Shown here piece after piece: positions 58,514 through 64,000 of a stretch of 64,000 bases of DNA. The DNA comes from Planctomycetota bacterium (GTDB taxonomy: Bacteria > Planctomycetota > UBA1135 > UBA2386), in contig OZ245838.1 in assembly GCA_965228735.1 (NCBI GenBank), forward strand, positions 1,632,001 through 1,696,000, read 5' to 3'. The notes under the pieces were generated by a model. That model worked only from the letters and a program-made list of their open reading frames with translations. It did not search any database and was not told the origin of the DNA. The position numbers and the translations under genes were made by a program. Every line of letters starts with the position of its first letter. Within the stretch, counting starts at the first letter, position 1.

Positions 58514-61087
58514 GTGCGCCTCACCGTCGAGACCGGCCCGCTGGCCGGCACCGTTGTCGCCCTCGATCGCGACCAACCCACCACCCTCGGTAGCGGCCCC
58601 GACTGCGGGCTGCGCGTCCAGGAGGCCGGCGTGCAGCCCGAGCACGCGGTCGTCAAGGCGCTGCGCACCGAGGGCTTCGGCCTCAAGGCGCTCGCGCCCG
58701 GCGTCCGCGTCAACGGCGAGCAGATCGAAGCCACGCCGCTGAACGACGGCGACGTCATCCAAATCGGCACGACCCGCATCGCGTTCGGCGAGACCCAGAA
58801 GCAGGGTCTGCCGACGATCTCCGGCTACCGCATCCACGAGGAGCTCGGGCGCGGCGGCATGGGCGTTGTCTACAGCGCGGAGCAGGTCTCGCTGCACCGC
58901 CAGGTCGCGCTCAAGGTGCTGAGTCACGAGCTGACCGAGGACGGCAAGTTCGTCAGCAACTTCGTCGCCGAGGCGCAGGCCGCCGCCAAGCTGCAGCACC
59001 CCAACGTGGTGTCGGTGTTCGACGTCGAGCACGACGGCGACACCTACTACTACGCGATGGAGCTGATGCAGAACGGCTCCTGCGAGGACTGGCTCAAGCA
59101 GAACGGCGCGATGCCCGTCGACCGGGCGTTGCAGGTCATCGCCGATGCGGCCGCCGGCCTCGCGTACGCGGAGTCGCTCGGGATCGTACACCGCGACATC
59201 AAGCCCGACAACCTGATGCTCGACCAGCACGGCGTCGTGAAGATCGCCGACCTCGGGCTCGCGGGGGCCGACGCGGAGAGCGAGGAGCGCGCAGTCGGCA
59301 CGCCGCACTTCATGGCGCCGGAGCAGGTGCTGCGCAGGGGCATCGATCACCGCGCCGACATCTACGCGCTGGGCTGCACGTTCTACCGGCTCGTGACCGG
59401 TCGCACGCCGTTCCGCGGCCAGACCGTCAAGGACATCCTGCGCGCGCAGGTCAAGGACGACCCGGAGCCCGCGCACAAGGTCAACAACAAGGTCCCCGCG
59501 GAGGTCGCGACCGTCATCCAGCGGATGATGCAGAAGGACCCGCTCGATCGCTTCCAGACGGCCAACGAGCTGCTCGAGGAGGTCGAGATCCTGCTGCGGC
59601 CGCCGGTGAAGAAGGGGCTGTGGATCGCGCTCGCGGCGATCGCGGTGATCGCGGGCGGCTCCGCGATCTACTGGGGCGCGACGAAGAAGGGCGAGACCGT
59701 CACGGAGAAGGTCTACTACGACGATCCCGAGAAGCAGCGCTTCGCGGACGAGAACGTCGCGCTCAAGAGGCAAGCCAAGGAGGACAAGGCCACGATCGCG
59801 CTGCTCGAGGTGCGCGTATCCGGCCTCGAGGACGAGCCGCTCGCCCAGGCGTTCGACAAGGTCGCACGTGAGCACGGCGACACCGCTGCGGCGGGCGAGG
59901 CCCGACAGCGCGCGCAACGGGTCCGCACCGAGGTCGCGACGCGGCAGCAGCGCGAGCAGGCGAGGAAGCAGGCCGTCTCCGACTACGTCGCCGAGCTCGA
60001 GAAGAACATCGCACCGCAGCTGGTGGCGCACGACTACGCGCTCGCCCTCGCGAGCATCAACGGCGCGCCGCCCGCGACGATCGCGGACGAGCCCGAGCTC
60101 GAGCAGATGCTCGGAGCGCTGCGCGAGCGGGTCATCACCGCCGCCGGCAACCGCCTCGACGAGCTCGCCGGCGCCGTGACGACCGCGATCAACGGCGGCG
60201 AACGTGAGCCGCTGGAGACCGCGACGACCACGCTCGCCGACAACCTGGCGGCGCGCCTGCGCTGGCCCGAGGCCCTGCACCCGCGACTCGACACGCTCGC
60301 GCAGACGGTGACCGCGGGCAAGGAGGCCATCACGCTGCTGCAACGCGCGCGTCGCGCCGGCCTGTGGGACGCCTACGAGGCGCTGTTCAAGCAGAACGGC
60401 GCGGCGACCGCGGCGCTGGCCAAGGGCGCGTTCGACGCGGCCGCCACCGCGATCGACGCGTTCGCGGCGACGGTGCCGAACGAACCGCCTGGCGTCCACG
60501 CCGCCGGGATCAGCGCCGCCGTCCGCCGCGCGGGCAGCTTCCAGCAGCGGCTCGTGGCGGCCGCCGCCAACGGTCAGCTCCAGCTGACGATCGGCGACGA
60601 CACGCTGACGAGCAAGAGCTGGGACCCGCCCACCGGCAAGTTCATGTTCACCGACGCGAAGAACCGCTCGACGCGGCAACGCGAGGTCGCGGCCAGCAGC
60701 CTCTCGGTGAACGACTGGTTCGAGCTGTCGTCCCAGGTCGACGGGATCGACCATGACCGCGCGTGCTTCCGCACGTTCGTGCTGCTGCGGCATCACGCCA
60801 TCGCGGCAACGCGTTACCTCGGCACCGTGGAGGCGGCCAACGACGACTCGGGTACGGCCGCGGACGCCTACCAGCTCGCGCCCGACCGCTTCGAGCTGCT
60901 GCGCCGCAACATCGAGGACGTCGACGAGCCGTGGGCGAACGCGCTCCGCACCGAGCTGCTCGCCGGGCAGCAGCTCGCGGCGGGTCTGCGGGCGTTCTCC
61001 GAACGCCGCAACACGGCCGCCGCGGGCTACCTCGACAAGCTGCTCGGGGAGCACACGCACAGCTACGTCGTGATGGTCCTGCCGTAG
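58514..61087 (+). CDS. Membrane Hanks-type Ser/Thr kinase with N-terminal FHA-like domain
   Basis: GRGGMG, VALK, HRDIKPDN, DLG, GTPHFMAPE; one TM; long helical extracytoplasmic region. Confidence 0.94.
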   Translation: MRLTVETGPLAGTVVALDRDQPTTLGSGPDCGLRVQEAGVQPEHAVVKALRTEGFGLKALAPGVRVNGEQIEATPLNDGDVIQIGTTRIAFGETQKQGLPTISGYRIHEELGRGGMGVVYSAEQVSLHRQVALKVLSHELTEDGKFVSNFVAEAQAAAKLQHPNVVSVFDVEHDGDTYYYAMELMQNGSCEDWLKQNGAMPVDRALQVIADAAAGLAYAESLGIVHRDIKPDNLMLDQHGVVKIADLGLAGADAESEERAVGTPHFMAPEQVLRRGIDHRADIYALGCTFYRLVTGRTPFRGQTVKDILRAQVKDDPEPAHKVNNKVPAEVATVIQRMMQKDPLDRFQTANELLEEVEILLRPPVKKGLWIALAAIAVIAGGSAIYWGATKKGETVTEKVYYDDPEKQRFADENVALKRQAKEDKATIALLEVRVSGLEDEPLAQAFDKVAREHGDTAAAGEARQRAQRVRTEVATRQQREQARKQAVSDYVAELEKNIAPQLVAHDYALALASINGAPPATIADEPELEQMLGALRERVITAAGNRLDELAGAVTTAINGGEREPLETATTTLADNLAARLRWPEALHPRLDTLAQTVTAGKEAITLLQRARRAGLWDAYEALFKQNGAATAALAKGAFDAAATAIDAFAATVPNEPPGVHAAGISAAVRRAGSFQQRLVAAAANGQLQLTIGDDTLTSKSWDPPTGKFMFTDAKNRSTRQREVAASSLSVNDWFELSSQVDGIDHDRACFRTFVLLRHHAIAATRYLGTVEAANDDSGTAADAYQLAPDRFELLRRNIEDVDEPWANALRTELLAGQQLAAGLRAFSERRNTAAAGYLDKLLGEHTHSYVVMVLP

Positions 61088-61227
61088 GCGGACCGGCCGC
61101 CTCGTTCGGACCCGGCGAACGCCACCGTCGAGCGCCGCGTCGTGCAGCTACCGTCGGGGGCCGCGGCGAGGGCTGGCGGGCCGAACATGCCGCGTGCATC
61201 GGGCTCCGGTCCGGCTACCCTAGAACC

Positions 61228-62064
61228 ATGCCCGCTCCCGCGCAGACCCACCGCGCGCTCGCCCGCGACCTTGCGAAGCACGCCCAGGATCGCACGCCGC
61301 TGCGGCCCAATATCGCGATGCTGCTCGGCTCCGGCCACGCGTCGATCGCGAACCAGCTCAAGGACAAGGTCGCGGTCCATCCGAACGACGTCGCATCGGA
61401 CGACAACAAGCAGGCCAAACAGACGCCGATCCTGATCGGTGAGCTCGAGGGCGTTGCGGTCGCCGTCGCCGACGCCCCGCTCGGCGGCTACGAAGGGCTC
61501 GCGGCGCACGACCTCGCGATGCCGGTGCGACTGCTGCGCGCGCTCGGCCCCGACCTGCTCATCATCACGGCGGGCGCCGCGAGCCTGAGCCGGCAGATCG
61601 AACCGGGCGCGATCGCCGTCATCGAGGACCACATCAACCTCTCCGGTCTGCATCCGCTCATCGGGCCGAACGACGACCTGCTCGGGCCGCGCTTCCCCGA
61701 CATGAGCGAGCCGTACGCGCGCGACTGGCTCGCACTCGCCCGCGAGACCGCGCAGCGCGCCGGCATCCCGTGCCAGCCCGGCATCTTCGCCGCGGTGTCG
61801 GGACCGACGCTGCCGACGCGCGCCGAGTACCGGTTCTTGCGCAACGCCGGCGCCGACCTCGTCGGCATGTCGCTCGTGCCCGAGGCGATCGCGGCGGTGC
61901 ACGCGGGCTTCGACGTGCTCGGCCTCGTCGGGGTCACGCAGCAGCTGCTCGCGGGCGACTCCACGCGCGTTTCCATCGAGGCGATGATCGACGCCGCGGA
62001 TCTCGCCGGCCCCCGCATGGCGTCGCTGCTCGTCGGCATCGTCGCCGGGACGGTCGACGAGTAA
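61228..62064 (+). CDS. Purine nucleoside phosphorylase-like protein (trimeric PNP family), catalytically divergent
   Basis: LGSG, YEG, DHINL, GPRFPDMS..Y, GADLVGMS.VPE. Confidence 0.85.
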   Translation: MPAPAQTHRALARDLAKHAQDRTPLRPNIAMLLGSGHASIANQLKDKVAVHPNDVASDDNKQAKQTPILIGELEGVAVAVADAPLGGYEGLAAHDLAMPVRLLRALGPDLLIITAGAASLSRQIEPGAIAVIEDHINLSGLHPLIGPNDDLLGPRFPDMSEPYARDWLALARETAQRAGIPCQPGIFAAVSGPTLPTRAEYRFLRNAGADLVGMSLVPEAIAAVHAGFDVLGLVGVTQQLLAGDSTRVSIEAMIDAADLAGPRMASLLVGIVAGTVDE

Positions 62065-62663
62065 TGAGCGCTCCCGCGCGCCAGAACACGCGACCACGCC
62101 TCGCCGTGCTGCTCAGCGGCACGGGCCGAACGTTGCAGAATCTCTGCGATCGCATCGCCGACGGCCGCCTCCGCGCTGCGATCGCCGGCGTCGCGAGCGA
62201 CCGCGCCGACGCGTTCGGCCTGCAGCGCGCGATGGAGCACGGGCTCGAGACGCGCGTGCTCAGCGAACCCTCCGCCGTGTGGTCGTGGCTGCTCGAACTC
62301 GACGTCGACCTCGTCATCCTCGCGGGCTACGTCAAGCTGCTGCCGATCCTGCCGGAGTTCGACGGCCGCGTGCTCAACATCCACCCGTCCTTGCTGCCGA
62401 AGCACGGCGGCCGCGGGATGTACGGCGAACACGTGCACGCCGCGGTGATCGCGGCCGGCGACACCGAGAGCGGCTGCACGGTGCATCTCTGCGACGGCGA
62501 GTACGACAACGGCCGCGTGCTCATGCAGGCGCGGGTGCCGGTCATCGCCGGCGACACCGCATCGGCGCTCGCGGCCCGGGTGCTCGCGGCCGAGTTCGAG
62601 CTCTACCCCGCCGCGATCACGATGCGATGGCGCGAGATCGAGGCCGAGCAGACCGCGAGCTGA
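62064..62663 (+). CDS. purN: Phosphoribosylglycinamide formyltransferase
   Basis: LAVLLSG.G, LAGY, LNIHPSLLP, SGCTVH, YD.G. Confidence 0.95.
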   Translation: MSAPARQNTRPRLAVLLSGTGRTLQNLCDRIADGRLRAAIAGVASDRADAFGLQRAMEHGLETRVLSEPSAVWSWLLELDVDLVILAGYVKLLPILPEFDGRVLNIHPSLLPKHGGRGMYGEHVHAAVIAAGDTESGCTVHLCDGEYDNGRVLMQARVPVIAGDTASALAARVLAAEFELYPAAITMRWREIEAEQTAS

Positions 62664-62869
62664 GCGCGGCGCGCGTTGCGCGCGTCCGGCCGCGGGTCGG
62701 ATGGCTGGCGGCCGACCGCAACCGCGCTGGCAGGAGACTTGCCGTTCGGCCGCGCCGGCGGCCACGCTCCGTTCGGGGACCTCGCGCATCCGGACGCTCC
62801 GAGCTACCGTGCTGCGCCCGAATGGCAGCTGCCGCCTTCGCCCCGGCGCACGGCCCGACCATCACAGCC

Positions 62870-64000
62870 ATGCTTCGACACACCCTCGCCGTGAGCCTCG
62901 CGCTCGCCGCCACCGCCGTCACCCAGTCGCCGATCGCGATGCCGGCGTTCCAATCCACGTTCACGGCTCAGGTCACGCGCGGCTTCTGGTTCCGGGCCCC
63001 GGTCGATTGCGTGATCACCGGTCTCCTAGCTCCGAACGAAGGCGCCCGGCCGTTCCAGGTCCTCGCGGTCATCGACTTCGGCACGAACGCACCGGGCCAG
63101 TTCCCGGCGACGACGAGCGGCAACGTGCTGTTCTACGACAACGCCACCCCGGCCGGCACGCGGATCCCGACGCAGGTCACGTTGACGAACGGTCGGCACT
63201 ATGGCGTCTTCGGCGCCTGCAATGACGCGCAGGGATCAGTGACGACATCCAGCAGCTACGGCGCGCCGGGGCCGTTCACGACGAGCATCCTCGGCAACCC
63301 GACGGTGCTGAGCCGGCTCGGCACGCAGGTCGGCATCGCCGCCAGTCCGATCGCCATCAACAACCCGAGCTGGAACTGCTGGGACGAACCGGCGCTGAGC
63401 CTCGGGCGCGTGTTGGTCGACATCGCACCGGCGACCGGCGCGTTCGCGAACTTCAGCGCCGACGTCCAGCAGGGCCAAAGTCCGCTGACGGTGAACTTCA
63501 CGGACCAGAGCTTCACGAGCGCGCCCGGCGGGATCACGAGCTGGGCCTGGGACTTCGACAACGACGGCACGATCGACTCGTCGCTACGGAACCCGACGCA
63601 CACCTACCAGAGCTGCGGCACGTTCGACGTCGCGCTCACGGTCTCGGACGGGGTGAACCCGCCGAGCACGACGACCGAGTCCGGATTCATCACGACCGAT
63701 GTCACGACCGCCGGCTTCGACGATGCGCGCGTCGCGGTCAACGTCGTGCAGTTCACCGACACGTCGTCGGGCAACCCGACGGACTGGGCGTGGGACTTCG
63801 ACAACGACGGCACGGTCGACTCGACGCTGCAGAACCCGGCGTTCGCGTATCCGACCGCGGGCAGCTACATCGTGACCCTCACGGTGCGGCGGCTGTGCGG
63901 ACCGACCGACTCGATCACGAAGACGGTCCGCACGGGACTGTGCCTCGAGACCACGTTCGCGAGCGACAACAACGGCGCCGACGGCTGGACCCAGCTGTTC
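62870..64000 (+). CDS. Secreted PKD-domain protein (3' truncated by window edge)
   Basis: ATG 62870 (MLRHTLAVSLALAATAVTQ); two PKD repeats (FTD.S...SWAWDFDNDGT.DS...NP...Y); frame open to the window end. Confidence 0.88.
   Translation, partial: MLRHTLAVSLALAATAVTQSPIAMPAFQSTFTAQVTRGFWFRAPVDCVITGLLAPNEGARPFQVLAVIDFGTNAPGQFPATTSGNVLFYDNATPAGTRIPTQVTLTNGRHYGVFGACNDAQGSVTTSSSYGAPGPFTTSILGNPTVLSRLGTQVGIAASPIAINNPSWNCWDEPALSLGRVLVDIAPATGAFANFSADVQQGQSPLTVNFTDQSFTSAPGGITSWAWDFDNDGTIDSSLRNPTHTYQSCGTFDVALTVSDGVNPPSTTTESGFITTDVTTAGFDDARVAVNVVQFTDTSSGNPTDWAWDFDNDGTVDSTLQNPAFAYPTAGSYIVTLTVRRLCGPTDSITKTVRTGLCLETTFASDNNGADGWTQLF

Overview
Very GC-rich bacterial chromosomal window. Protein style (FtsQ-like protein, FHA-Ser/Thr kinase, HEAT/TPR/NHL/PKD/LamG secreted proteins) suggests an uncultured Planctomycetota lineage; this is inference. 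Housekeeping genes: sulP, gatCAB, a HelY/Ski2-like helicase, nadK-dxs-ispA, ridA, coaD, comEC, purN, and divergent tRNA-His(GTG) and tRNA-Lys(CTT). A ~15 kb surface-glycan cluster (16.1-31.5 kb) has Wzm/Wzt, GT2/GT9 glycosyltransferases, three methyltransferase domains and a methyltransferase-GT2-WbsX fusion. Most notable: (1) a cytoplasmic MglA-type small GTPase fused to a histidine kinase, with the MglA catalytic Arg53 replaced by Ser and no mglB or cognate response regulator beside it; (2) a ~0.8 kb integrase-less islet in tRNA-His bounded by a 45-bp att duplication, with a 19-bp internal repeat near each end and one small cargo gene; (3) a candidate sRNA of tandem hairpins with G-rich loops ending in a terminator; (4) long REP/MITE-like inverted repeats and a perfect 32-bp palindrome; (5) a recurring leaderless-mRNA signature; (6) several domains lacking key catalytic or binding residues (PNP, TlpA, FHA, receiver, M16). 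All calls come from reading motifs by eye; no searches were run.
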